A stretch of DNA of 64,000 nucleotides, taken from positions 4,352,001 through 4,416,000 of the forward strand of contig OZ240248.1 in the NCBI GenBank assembly GCA_965198235.1. The letters run 5' to 3'. Each line of letters starts with the position of its first letter. The first letter of the stretch is position 1. Positions 19,239 through 28,242 of the stretch are shown in pieces. A program made the translations under genes and the position numbers. The stretch is from Candidatus Poribacteria bacterium (GTDB taxonomy: Bacteria > Poribacteria > WGA-4E > WGA-3G). The notes under the pieces are model-generated. The model searched no databases. It saw nothing but the letters and a program-made list of their open reading frames with translations, and was not told the DNA's origin.

Positions 19239-19745
19239 TTACGGTGTGTCTGCGGCATCAGCATCTTTATACCGTTCACATATCACTTGGATGAGATTGG
19301 TTGTGGACTTACCCGGGACGTTCAAACCGACGATAACCTCACCACCGTTTGCCTCAACGATATCCCTTTCAATGAGTTGTTCCAGTTGATAGTCGCCACC
19401 TTTAACGTGGATATTCGGTTTGAGATCGGCAAGCAAAGAAATTGGCGTTAGTTCTGGAAAGATAACGACGTAATCGACGCATTCCAACCCAGCGAGCATC
19501 TCTGCGCGCTCATCTTCAGGAACGAGTGGACGATTTTCACCCTTGAGTTCCCGGACTGAACCATCACTGTTAACCGCCACCACGAGCAGATCCCCAAGCT
19601 GACGCGCCGCCTGAAGATAACGGAGATGGCCCAAGTGTAGTACATCAAAACAACCGTTGGTGGTGACAACAACGTCTCCGCCTGCTCTCGCTTGCTGAAG
19701 AAGGGATGCAAGTTCGTTGCGATGATAGATTTTTTGGCTTGACAT
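19239..19745 (-). CDS. rfaE2: D-glycero-beta-D-manno-heptose 1-phosphate adenylyltransferase (RfaE domain II)
   Basis: TNGCFDVLHLGH, NSDGSVRELKG..RP, KGGDY, STT. Confidence 0.9.
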   Translation of the reverse strand: MSSQKIYHRNELASLLQQARAGGDVVVTTNGCFDVLHLGHLRYLQAARQLGDLLVVAVNSDGSVRELKGENRPLVPEDERAEMLAGLECVDYVVIFPELTPISLLADLKPNIHVKGGDYQLEQLIERDIVEANGGEVIVGLNVPGKSTTNLIQVICERYKDADAADTP

Positions 19746-19890
19746 TTTTCTATTTCTAAACTTTAGTTTAGTATAGTTTAGCACGCATTAGACCGTTTGG
19801 CAAGTTTTTCCTTTATTGCCCAATTCATGATTCTGTGCTACAATGAAGTGGAAATTGTAGTAAAAAATTATGCCGATCAGGAGAAAAGAG

Positions 19891-21057
19891 ATGACACAGC
19901 AAAAAGAACACACGCATCGCAGGTTACCTATTTGCACGCTCGGCGCACCCGGACACGGCAAAACAACATTGACGGCGGCGATAGCAAAGGTCGTCGCGAG
20001 AATCGGTGCGATCCACACGAACGGAGATAGCGACTTTGAAATCCAAACCCCAATCAGCCACCCAATCCGAGAAGGGGTCGGCATCACCTACCGTGCAATA
20101 GCGTATGAAACCAGCGGTAAACTTTACAGACAAATCGATTGCGAGACACACATCGATGCTGTCAAAATGCTCGTCAGTGGGTCTCCAGCAATCCAAGGGG
20201 CAATTTGGATAGTAAATGCAGTCGAAGGGATAACACCCGACTCCGAGGCACATCTCCGCCTTGCCAGCCAGATGCAATTCCCGACAGTGTTATCCTTTCT
20301 TAACACAGGTGGTACTCCAAAGGACGATGAACTCATAGACATTTGCCAACAGGAAATGGAAGAACTGCTGAACGAGTGTGGATGGGATGAAGAAACCGCT
20401 CCAATAATCGTTGGCGACGTGCGCAAGGCATTAGACTACAGGGGAGACAGTATCACCTCCACACAGTGGCAACCGATCGTTGACCTTATCTTCGCAATGA
20501 ATCGGGCAATGCCTGCCCCCGTGGACACGGCACGCTTACCGCTTATTATGCCTATTCATGAAATCACTGAGGAAACGAAGGAGAGTGTATCCGTCCGCGG
20601 CGATATTGTGCAGGGACAACTCGCTGTCGGACAAGCCGTAGATATCGTGGGCAAAGGGGACAGAATTAAGACGCGGGTTCTCAGTATAAAGGAGGATGAA
20701 GTGTGCGTCGAATCTGAACCCGACTGGTTGTCTCTTGGACAGGTACTTTGTACACCGAAGACAGTCAAATCACATTCCGAATTTACGGCACTCATCTATC
20801 TGCTGACACACGAAGAGAGCGGCACACATATCCCCCTGATCGAAAACGACAGACCTGACATCTATCTATGGGGGACTGACATACCAGCGCATCTAAAACT
20901 CCCGCCAAGTCTCTCCCTTATTACACCGGGGGCTTATGCCCACGTCTCCGTTACACTCGACTTACCGCTGGTGATGGAGATCGGCACCCGATTTGAAGTA
21001 AAAAAGATGGATGTGCGAATCGGGTTCGGTGTTGTGACTGGCGTAGGTGATCTCTGA
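19891..21057 (+). CDS. Highly divergent EF-Tu paralogue with degenerate G motifs
   Basis: Colinear with EF-Tu over all three domains: GHGKTTLTAAI, GIT, YET...IDC..H, LPLIMPI, GQVLCTP, F.A.IY.L..EE.G.H.P, RIGFGVV. Confidence 0.85.
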   Translation: MTQQKEHTHRRLPICTLGAPGHGKTTLTAAIAKVVARIGAIHTNGDSDFEIQTPISHPIREGVGITYRAIAYETSGKLYRQIDCETHIDAVKMLVSGSPAIQGAIWIVNAVEGITPDSEAHLRLASQMQFPTVLSFLNTGGTPKDDELIDICQQEMEELLNECGWDEETAPIIVGDVRKALDYRGDSITSTQWQPIVDLIFAMNRAMPAPVDTARLPLIMPIHEITEETKESVSVRGDIVQGQLAVGQAVDIVGKGDRIKTRVLSIKEDEVCVESEPDWLSLGQVLCTPKTVKSHSEFTALIYLLTHEESGTHIPLIENDRPDIYLWGTDIPAHLKLPPSLSLITPGAYAHVSVTLDLPLVMEIGTRFEVKKMDVRIGFGVVTGVGDL

Positions 21058-21189
21058 TCCAAAACCTGAGCCCGTAAGCGTAGCGGAGGGGTGTTTTTGC
21101 TTGGGTATTTCTTCGGATTTCTTCAGATATACGTCAAAGAACGTTATTCACCCGTTGACTTCACCGAACCGCAAGGTATAATTAAAAAA
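21058..21189 (-). repeat. PE copy 4 (left and central modules); its TTAA supplies the hisA stop codon
   Basis: CTTCACCGAACCGCAAGGTATAATTAAAAA and GAGCCCGTAAGCGTAGCGGAGG (reverse complement of the PE core). Confidence 0.8.
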
Positions 21190-21895
21190 TATGTGCGGTA
21201 GCAATTGCGTCACGCAGCGCGAGGTCACCGGTATACAAAGCACGCCCTATTATCGCGCCGCTGGCACCGATCTGCTTCAAAGCGGCTACGTCAGCAAGCG
21301 ACGTGACCCCACCCGAAGCAATCACATCCGCAGATACGGCATCAACAACATCGGCAGTTGCGTCAACATTGGGACCCTTGAGCATGCCATCGCTTTTGAT
21401 GTCAGTGTAGATAAGCGTTTGGACCTCCGATATCTCCACGGCAAATTCGACAGCAGATTTTTGAGAGACCTCTAACCATCCGTCCGTGGCGACCCTTCCA
21501 TCTTTCGCGTCGATGCCGACAGCGACGCGCACACCGTGTTCGGCACACGCCTGCTTCACCAAACTCGGTTGTTTGAGCGCAACCGTGCCTAAAATGGCGC
21601 GATCCACACCTAACGCCAAAACCGCTTCTAATTGCTCCATGCTGCGGATGCCACCGCCAAGCTGGACAGGAATATCAAGCTCACATACGATTTCGCTAAC
21701 GATATGGAGGTTCGCCGATTCACCCTGAAACGCGCCGTCCAGATCCACGAGGTGCAAGTATTCTGCTCCCTCGGCTTGCCACCGCAATGCCATTTCCACA
21801 GGCGCGTCCGAGAAAATTGTCTCCTGCGACGCGATACCCTGCACTAAATTTACACACTTTCCACCGCGAAGATCAATTGCGGGTAGTATTTGCAT
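21182..21895 (-). CDS. hisA: ProFAR isomerase HisA
   Basis: ILPAIDLRGGKCV, HLVDLDGA, QLGGGIRS, TDIKSDGMLKGPN, ASGGV, IIGRALY. Confidence 0.95.
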   Translation of the reverse strand: MQILPAIDLRGGKCVNLVQGIASQETIFSDAPVEMALRWQAEGAEYLHLVDLDGAFQGESANLHIVSEIVCELDIPVQLGGGIRSMEQLEAVLALGVDRAILGTVALKQPSLVKQACAEHGVRVAVGIDAKDGRVATDGWLEVSQKSAVEFAVEISEVQTLIYTDIKSDGMLKGPNVDATADVVDAVSADVIASGGVTSLADVAALKQIGASGAIIGRALYTGDLALRDAIATAHIF

Positions 21896-22267
21896 TTTTA
21901 ATTTTCCTTGCGGTATTTTAATTTTACCTTGCGGTTCGGTGAGGTGGGTTGGGGTACTGAAAGTTCCTCTCCGTATACCCGCTCTCCATTACATTACGAG
22001 CTACGTGCCTTGTTTATTGTTTTCACTAAAACCCTCAAACTCAGTTGCACATTTAATTTTCCTTGCGGTATTTTAATTTTACCTTGCGGTTCGGTGAGGT
22101 GGGTTGGAGTACTGAAAGTTCCTCTCTGTATACCCGATCTCCATTACATTACGAGCTACGCGCCTTAGTTTATTTCTTCCACCAAAACCCTCAAACATAG
22201 TTGAGACTTAATCAGAAACCTGCGCGTAATGGAATGGAGCGCAGCCAAGGCGTACATAGTTAAAAAA
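21896..22267 (+). repeat. PE copy 5: tandem duplication of a ~155-bp left/central module plus one right module
   Basis: 21896-22050 and 22051-22205 are near-identical; ends ...CGTAATGGAATGGAGCG...CATAGTTAAAAA. Confidence 0.9.
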
Positions 22268-22275
22268 CCTTTCCG

Positions 22276-23199
22276 CTATTCATCTCGGAAAATACCGAGC
22301 AACTTCAATTGGACGATTGAGATAACCGCAATAATGAAAAATAGCACCCAGCCGATTGTCGCCGCATAGCCGAGCCGCATGAATTGAAATCCGTTTTTGT
22401 AGAGATACATGACGATAGTCGACCCCGCATCCGCAGGTTCACCGCCGTTTGTTAAAATGAATGGAAGGTCAAAGAGTTGGAGCGAGCCTATCATCGAGAC
22501 AACGAAAACGAAGGCTATCACGGGGCGCAAGGAAGGGAGCGTGACATGGATGAACGCCTGCCACCAGTTCGCGCCATCGACCGCTGCCGCTTCATACAAC
22601 TCCTGCCGAATCCCTTGCAACCCAGCCAAAAAATAGATCATATTGAACCCTGCCCACTGCCAAACCCCTGTTAGGATGACCGCTGGCATCACATATTTCT
22701 CCTCGTTTAACCAACCGATCTCTTTGCCAAAAAGAACAAATTCCTGATTTATCAAGCCTGCCCGCTGGTCGTAGACGAGGTTAAAGATAATCGCGACGAA
22801 GACACCGGCGACGAGGACTGGTGCGAAAAAGGCGAGACGCAGGAAATTCTTCCCTTTGACGAATTTGGAATTGAGGAGAATCGCCAATAGCAAGGCAATC
22901 GGCAATTGGAGGGTGAGGGTGCCCGCGGCGAAATAGGCAGTGTTCCGTAGCGATTTCCAAAAAATTGGGTCACGAAACAGATCCGTGAAGTTACCGATGC
23001 CAACAAATATTCGGCTCTGGAACCCACGCATTTCATACAAACTCATAACGAGCGACGAAATGAGCGGATACCCCATAAAAATGACGAACAGCAGATAAAA
23101 CGGAGCGATAAAAAGATAGGGAGCGATTTTCTGTTGTTGATTCCAAAACCGGTTTTTAATTATTCCTTGCGGTTCGGTGAGGTTGGTTGGGGTTTTCAC
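22276..23199 (-). CDS. Carbohydrate ABC transporter permease with a repeat-derived N-terminus
   Basis: EAA motif ELYEAAAVDGA and GYAATIG; GGAGG + GTG start (23199) lies inside PE copy 6. Confidence 0.9.
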   Translation of the reverse strand: MKTPTNLTEPQGIIKNRFWNQQQKIAPYLFIAPFYLLFVIFMGYPLISSLVMSLYEMRGFQSRIFVGIGNFTDLFRDPIFWKSLRNTAYFAAGTLTLQLPIALLLAILLNSKFVKGKNFLRLAFFAPVLVAGVFVAIIFNLVYDQRAGLINQEFVLFGKEIGWLNEEKYVMPAVILTGVWQWAGFNMIYFLAGLQGIRQELYEAAAVDGANWWQAFIHVTLPSLRPVIAFVFVVSMIGSLQLFDLPFILTNGGEPADAGSTIVMYLYKNGFQFMRLGYAATIGWVLFFIIAVISIVQLKLLGIFRDE

Positions 23200-23252
23200 G
23201 TGTACCTCCGTAGAGTCAAGAAACACCCTTCCACTTCGTTTCAGGCTACGTT
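23153..23252 (+). repeat. PE copy 6 (left and central modules)
   Basis: TTTTTAATTATTCCTTGCGGTTCGGTGAGG...CCTCCGTAGA...TTCCACTTCGTTTCAGGCTACG. Confidence 0.85.
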
Positions 23253-23336
23253 TTCTCGACGATTTTTCAATTATTCCGTTGTCGCAATGCTAACGACTTT
23301 GGTCAAAGTTTTTTCAGTCAATGCTGTTTGAGAAAA

Positions 23337-24695
23337 CTACATGTCTCCCCATCTGCCTCTGTCTTTGGCAATAAGTGCTCGTACCTTCTCTGCCAAATCG
23401 GTTAAAGCCTCTCTCGGTGTCTGTTTCTCAGTGACAGCCGCGAAAATCGCATCGTTGAGCAGATCCGCCCCTTCCGACCAGTAGGGATTCTGATAGCGCG
23501 CTGGCAAATTGGGTGCCAATTCGATAAACAGTTCCCCAAGCGGTTGTCCCCCCAAGTAGACATCAGGTTCTTTAAAGATGGGTGCATCCCACGCCGATTT
23601 GAGAGGGGGAATAATTCGTGTCGTCTCGTATCGGTTGACAAGACCGGGTCTGTCAAAATAGGTAAACTTGAGTACTTCCCACGCGAGATCTGGGTTTTCG
23701 CACTGTTTCGTAATCCCGATCATCGTTCCACCGCGCGTCGTGGTCCGCCTGCCGCCGGGGTACCACGCAGGCATGCCAACCGCCTTCCATTTACCGGACA
23801 TCTGCGGCACCTGACTTTTGAGAATGCCGACGTACCAATCCGGTGCAAGGATAGAGAGAATCTTGCCGTCTTGCATCGCGGCGAAATTACTCGGATCGCC
23901 GTGCCATGTGCCGTATACTGGCGTAGCAATTTTATGTTCATTGAACAATGCCGTGAAAAATTCCAGTGTTTCAATCGCGAGTTCACTGTCGATAATGACG
24001 TTGCCCTCTTCGTCGAAAAATCCTCCGCCCTGTTGGAGGAGTAAACTGAAATAGTCGCTCTCTGTGCGCCGATCCAACACGATTGCGTACTGGTCAATCT
24101 TACCATCGCCGTCAAGATCGCGTGTCGCTTGCTTTCCGGCAACGATGAAGTCGTCCCACGTTTCAATTTCTGTCATCTCAACGCCAGCGGCTTTAAAGAG
24201 GTCATCTCGGTAGAGCAATACGACAGGATGCAAGTCGTGTGGGATGCCGAAAATCCGACCTCGGTAGGACCACGGCGTGAACCGACTCACGACTAATTTC
24301 TCCATCCAGCCTTCGCTCTCTAAACGCGGACGGAGATCAACAAAGCCGACTTCGTCAATTGCTCCTTTGAGAAACCGACCGATGGATGTAATCTCAACCT
24401 CAACGAGATCCGGCGCACCGAAATTGGACAACATCGCAGCGAGGAGTTTATCGTGCATTGTGCCACCGAAATTGATGAGTTGGACGTTGAGCCCTGGGTT
24501 CTCCGCTTCAAAGATAGGCACGCGTGCTTGGTATTCCTCGTAGTGGGTGTTCGCGAAAATCCAGAATTCGAGATTCTCACCCTCCTCCTCGGAACGCCCG
24601 AAGATGAAAAGTGCAGAGACAAGAAACAGAATTAACATTACCATCGGTCCCTTGCCGAGCGGAAAACTCTCAGAATCAATAGGAAGACGAAACAT
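23337..24695 (-). CDS. Carbohydrate ABC transporter substrate-binding protein
   Basis: APDLVEVE, GIPHDLHPVVLLYRDDLF, TWDDF; SBP family 1 layout; upstream of the permease. Confidence 0.88.
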   Translation of the reverse strand: MFRLPIDSESFPLGKGPMVMLILFLVSALFIFGRSEEEGENLEFWIFANTHYEEYQARVPIFEAENPGLNVQLINFGGTMHDKLLAAMLSNFGAPDLVEVEITSIGRFLKGAIDEVGFVDLRPRLESEGWMEKLVVSRFTPWSYRGRIFGIPHDLHPVVLLYRDDLFKAAGVEMTEIETWDDFIVAGKQATRDLDGDGKIDQYAIVLDRRTESDYFSLLLQQGGGFFDEEGNVIIDSELAIETLEFFTALFNEHKIATPVYGTWHGDPSNFAAMQDGKILSILAPDWYVGILKSQVPQMSGKWKAVGMPAWYPGGRRTTTRGGTMIGITKQCENPDLAWEVLKFTYFDRPGLVNRYETTRIIPPLKSAWDAPIFKEPDVYLGGQPLGELFIELAPNLPARYQNPYWSEGADLLNDAIFAAVTEKQTPREALTDLAEKVRALIAKDRGRWGDM

Positions 24696-24943
24696 AAAAA
24701 ACTCCGATTACACAGAAGTACTCAGTTGTCAGCAATTAGTAAAGTAGCCATACACGGTAGGTGCAGTCACAAAACCCAATAGCAAAGAGGGGAACAAAGC
24801 AAAATGGAAAACCAAATGGCTTTGCGAATTACAAAAATTACTTGACTTTTGCACGCGTAACGATTAAAATTTATCAGAATACGTTCTTTTTATCAACAAA
24901 CTTTTTATTGTGACAGAGCATAGCGAATCAGAAATCGCAAGGA

Positions 24944-24967
24944 GTCGCGAGCACAACTCGCTCCTAC
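24944..24967. repeat. GTAG-type REP (GTCGCGA-N-TCGCTCCTAC)
   Basis: Hairpin followed by CCTAC; related copies at 26348, 37032, 37117, 47029, 52215, 58631, 58765, 58798 and 59592. Confidence 0.7.
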
Positions 24968-25012
24968 AAGGAACTCTGTCTGCCAATACATCAAAATGGA
25001 GGAGAAGTCTAT

Positions 25013-25324
25013 ATGCCTACATACGAGTATAAATGTCTTGCATGCGACAACCGATTCGAGCGGTTTCAGGGCATAACCGCCCCCGCAATCGAGGAATGTC
25101 CAGAGTGCAGTGGCAAAGTGAAGCGACTCATCGGAGCAGGTGCCGGATTAATTTTCAAAGGCTCTGGATTCTACATTACAGATTACCGAAGTGACGGCTA
25201 CAAAGAATCAGCGAAGAAGGATAAAAACGAGCCATCAGATAAAAGCACTTCATCGGACAAGGGCGAGAAAAAAGAAAAGAAAACCGATACGAGTAGCGAG
25301 TCAAAGAGCAAATCCACCGATTAG
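25013..25324 (+). CDS. FmdB-family zinc-ribbon protein
   Basis: MPTYEYKCLAC...CPEC...FKGSGFYITDY. Confidence 0.92.
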   Translation: MPTYEYKCLACDNRFERFQGITAPAIEECPECSGKVKRLIGAGAGLIFKGSGFYITDYRSDGYKESAKKDKNEPSDKSTSSDKGEKKEKKTDTSSESKSKSTD

Positions 25325-25348
25325 AAGCAAACGAACCTGCATTATAGG

Positions 25349-26332
25349 GTGAGGTCTCTACGCCTCAGTTCCGTTACCGCTAAGGGAGACGCTGTGCACA
25401 ATCACAGTCACGACCATCACGGCGATGGGCACGAGCATAGCCATCAAACGCATCTTCAGAAGAAATTCAAGTTTGCTGTAGCTGTCACATTTTGCGTTTT
25501 CCTCGGCGAACTCATCGGAGGTATCTGGTCAGGCAGCCTCGCACTCCTAAGCGATGCGGTACATGTAATGTCGGATGTCTTCTCGCTGCTGATTAGTTGG
25601 TTGGCAATTTATCTCTCGACACGCCCCGCGACCTCTTCTCGGACTTATGGGTATCATCGCGCAGAGGTCTTTGCTGCTTTTGTCAATGGGGTGTCGCTCA
25701 TCGGGATCTCCGGCTGGATTTTCTATGAAGCATACCAACGGTACATGTCGCCGACAGAAATAAAAGTGACGGGGATGTTTGTTGTCGCATGCCTCGGCTT
25801 CTTGGGGAACCTGCTCATCTTATGGCAGCTGCACGGTGAGAGTCATGGAAACCTCAACGTCCGGAGCGCTATGCTCCACGTCATTGGGGATACCCTCTCC
25901 TCGGTTGCTGTTGTTGTCGGAGGCGCGATCATCTTCTGGACAGGATGGTACCCGATTGACGCGTTACTGAGTTTCCTTATCGGTGGGATTATTCTTTTCG
26001 GCGCGGTGAATGTCACGAGAGAAGCGGTGCATATCTTGCTCGAAAACTCGCCGCGAAACGCAGACGCACACACCGTCGCGACGCATCTTCGCGGCTTAGA
26101 CGCAGTTAGAGATGTCCATGACATGCACATCTGGTCGCTGTGTTCTAACTACTGTGCACTAAGTGCGCATGTTGTGGTTGACGAAAACACAACTTTAGCC
26201 CCCGATCGGATTCTCGAACAAATCAACGCAGAACTGAAAACCCACTTCGGTATCAACCACACCACTTTACAGTTAGAACAGGTCGCGTGTGCACAAGCAG
26301 GAAATCTCCTGTGCAACGCGCAACACTCGTAG
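25349..26332 (+). CDS. Cation diffusion facilitator (CzcD/ZitB-like)
   Basis: His-rich N-terminus, SLALLSDAVH, NVRSAMLHVIGD, HDMHIW, HTTLQLE; the start may be GTG 25394. Confidence 0.93.
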   Translation: MRSLRLSSVTAKGDAVHNHSHDHHGDGHEHSHQTHLQKKFKFAVAVTFCVFLGELIGGIWSGSLALLSDAVHVMSDVFSLLISWLAIYLSTRPATSSRTYGYHRAEVFAAFVNGVSLIGISGWIFYEAYQRYMSPTEIKVTGMFVVACLGFLGNLLILWQLHGESHGNLNVRSAMLHVIGDTLSSVAVVVGGAIIFWTGWYPIDALLSFLIGGIILFGAVNVTREAVHILLENSPRNADAHTVATHLRGLDAVRDVHDMHIWSLCSNYCALSAHVVVDENTTLAPDRILEQINAELKTHFGINHTTLQLEQVACAQAGNLLCNAQHS

Positions 26333-26373
26333 TGCCTATCCATAGCATCGAGGTTACAAACCTCTCCCACAGT

Positions 26374-26916
26374 TTAACTGTGTTCCGCTTTTAGACGATG
26401 CGCTTTCCGAATCAGGTCGGCATCTTTCGCAAACCTCTGTGTCGCCTTGACCAACCCATCTACGTGTGACACCATGTCCTTCTCCACCTGCACAATCCGG
26501 TCCATCAAATACGGCTGATCGCTTCGCTCGATGGCTTTTCTCATGATAGAGAGAAGATACATATAGATAGCATCCGCTTCGCTTCCCTCAATTGCGATCG
26601 CAATCGCGAAGGCTTCATCGAGCGAAATTTCCCTACTACTGACCTTCTGCTCGTGTGCATCCAGCGCGTCCGTAATCTGCTGAACTGGGACATCCGATAA
26701 CTCCGTTACAGGCGAATCAATCCCGAAGGCATCAACGCATAAAGACCGCCCGAAATCCACGAGAATGTAGTGCTGCCATTCTTCCGTGCTCATCTGCTCC
26801 CAAAATCGTGCGATCCGTTCGTCAACGCTCCCCAACCGTAAAGAGAGGGAGGCATAGAGTTTCGCCTGACGCAGTTCAATGTCTTGACAAAGATCAAAGA
26901 GCTCACCGAGTGTCAA
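26374..26916 (-). CDS. Ferritin/rubrerythrin-like protein
   Basis: ExxxxxxY and EEWQH diiron-type helices, AIAIE.SE. Confidence 0.65.
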   Translation of the reverse strand: MTLGELFDLCQDIELRQAKLYASLSLRLGSVDERIARFWEQMSTEEWQHYILVDFGRSLCVDAFGIDSPVTELSDVPVQQITDALDAHEQKVSSREISLDEAFAIAIAIEGSEADAIYMYLLSIMRKAIERSDQPYLMDRIVQVEKDMVSHVDGLVKATQRFAKDADLIRKAHRLKAEHS

Positions 26917-26967
26917 ACGTCTCTCCTTTCAAGGTAGTAGGCATACTCCGCTGTGCTGCAACCCGTT

Positions 26968-28005
26968 CTAAATATGAAGCGGCAAAGTAATTGCGTTCCC
27001 CGATTGCATACTCAGTGTGACCGCCTCCGTAAACTCCATGTACTTTACACCGGTGTCAAAATCGGTGTGCGTGATAACCTCTTCGCCGCGGATCGCGTTC
27101 GCAAATTCTTCTTCGACGCGCCACGCACCAGCCTCTGACTCAGGAATATCAATCTCGGTGAGTTCAGTGTCACCTTTTTGCCCACCGTAGAGCCGATTTC
27201 CTGAGAAGCGTAAAGTCCCGTCACTGCCGAAGACATAAACCTCTGGTGAACCCGCCAACCCCGCAACGTTAGAAACCTGTATATGGACTTGCGCACCACA
27301 CGCGAGATCCCCGACAACATCAATATGTTCTGGAATCCGTACAGAACGCATCACGCCGTCAGCATCCGGGCGCATTTTGACGAAGGTTTTGCCCATTGCC
27401 ATAATCTGCGTCGCTTCTCCGACCCAACGTATCAACGCCTCATACCAGATCCCCATACTCATGATGTTAAGCCCACTGAGGTCAAAATCCTGTCGCCATT
27501 GGAGCGGTGCTTCGCTGTCCAGAAACGCGCCACCTGCGCGTGCTTCCACGGCAAGTACATCCCCGATATATCCATCGGCGATGAGACGTTTTATGGTGTT
27601 ATCTGCTCTCAGCGTCATCGGCGAAGGGACAATCTGCGCGATGAGATGTGTTTTCTGACGCGATACCTCCCGCATCTTATGCGCTTCTCTGGCGTTCATC
27701 GCCATCCGCGCCTCACACATTACGTGCTTATCCGCCTCAAGTGCCGCTATTGTAGCACGGCAGTGCATATAGGGCCATGTCCCAATGACAATCGCATTGG
27801 TATCCGCATCGGCGATCGCGTCCTGCCAATTGCCGTAGGTTTTCGGGATGCCGAACTGGTCCGCCACCCGCTGTGAAGATTCCAGACTCCGATTGCAGAC
27901 CCCGACGATCTCAACACCTTCGATGGCTTGGAGTCCGGGAATATGCCGTGATGTCGTGTTGCCACCCGCACCGATAACACCGACTCGAATTGTATCTTGT
28001 GCCAT
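26968..28005 (-). CDS. Gfo/Idh/MocA oxidoreductase
   Basis: VGVIGAGG, HVMCEARMA. Confidence 0.88.
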   Translation of the reverse strand: MAQDTIRVGVIGAGGNTTSRHIPGLQAIEGVEIVGVCNRSLESSQRVADQFGIPKTYGNWQDAIADADTNAIVIGTWPYMHCRATIAALEADKHVMCEARMAMNAREAHKMREVSRQKTHLIAQIVPSPMTLRADNTIKRLIADGYIGDVLAVEARAGGAFLDSEAPLQWRQDFDLSGLNIMSMGIWYEALIRWVGEATQIMAMGKTFVKMRPDADGVMRSVRIPEHIDVVGDLACGAQVHIQVSNVAGLAGSPEVYVFGSDGTLRFSGNRLYGGQKGDTELTEIDIPESEAGAWRVEEEFANAIRGEEVITHTDFDTGVKYMEFTEAVTLSMQSGNAITLPLHI

Positions 28006-28128
28006 TCATTTTGCTCCTTCCATTTTTTATGTATCACATTCCCTACTTTAGCAGAAATTTGGGAAGGATGTCAAGGAATTTTCAGTTTTCCTTTCACTTT
28101 TTCACCTTTTCACCTTTTCACTCCTCAT

Positions 28129-28157
28129 TTGACATTCATAGAGAAGTGTAGTATAAT
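28129..28157 (+). promoter_or_regulatory. Perfect-consensus sigma70 promoter pointing into the IS right end
   Basis: TTGACA(28129-28134)-17 bp-TATAAT(28152-28157). Confidence 0.8.
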
Positions 28158-28242
28158 AGGAATATCCATTGATGCGCTCTGACATACTCCCAACCCTAAA
28201 GGATTGGGGTTCTTTTGTTCCTTTTAGAAACATTCCTTGGGT

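Noticed and set aside
19891-21057. Calling this ORF canonical tuf or selB
   Set aside because: G3, G4 and G5 are degenerate, domain 2 is shortened, and there is no SelB winged-helix extension.
21896-22267. Possible CRISPR array
   Set aside because: Only two ~155-bp units with near-identical 'spacers' and no cas genes; this is a tandem duplication of the palindromic element.
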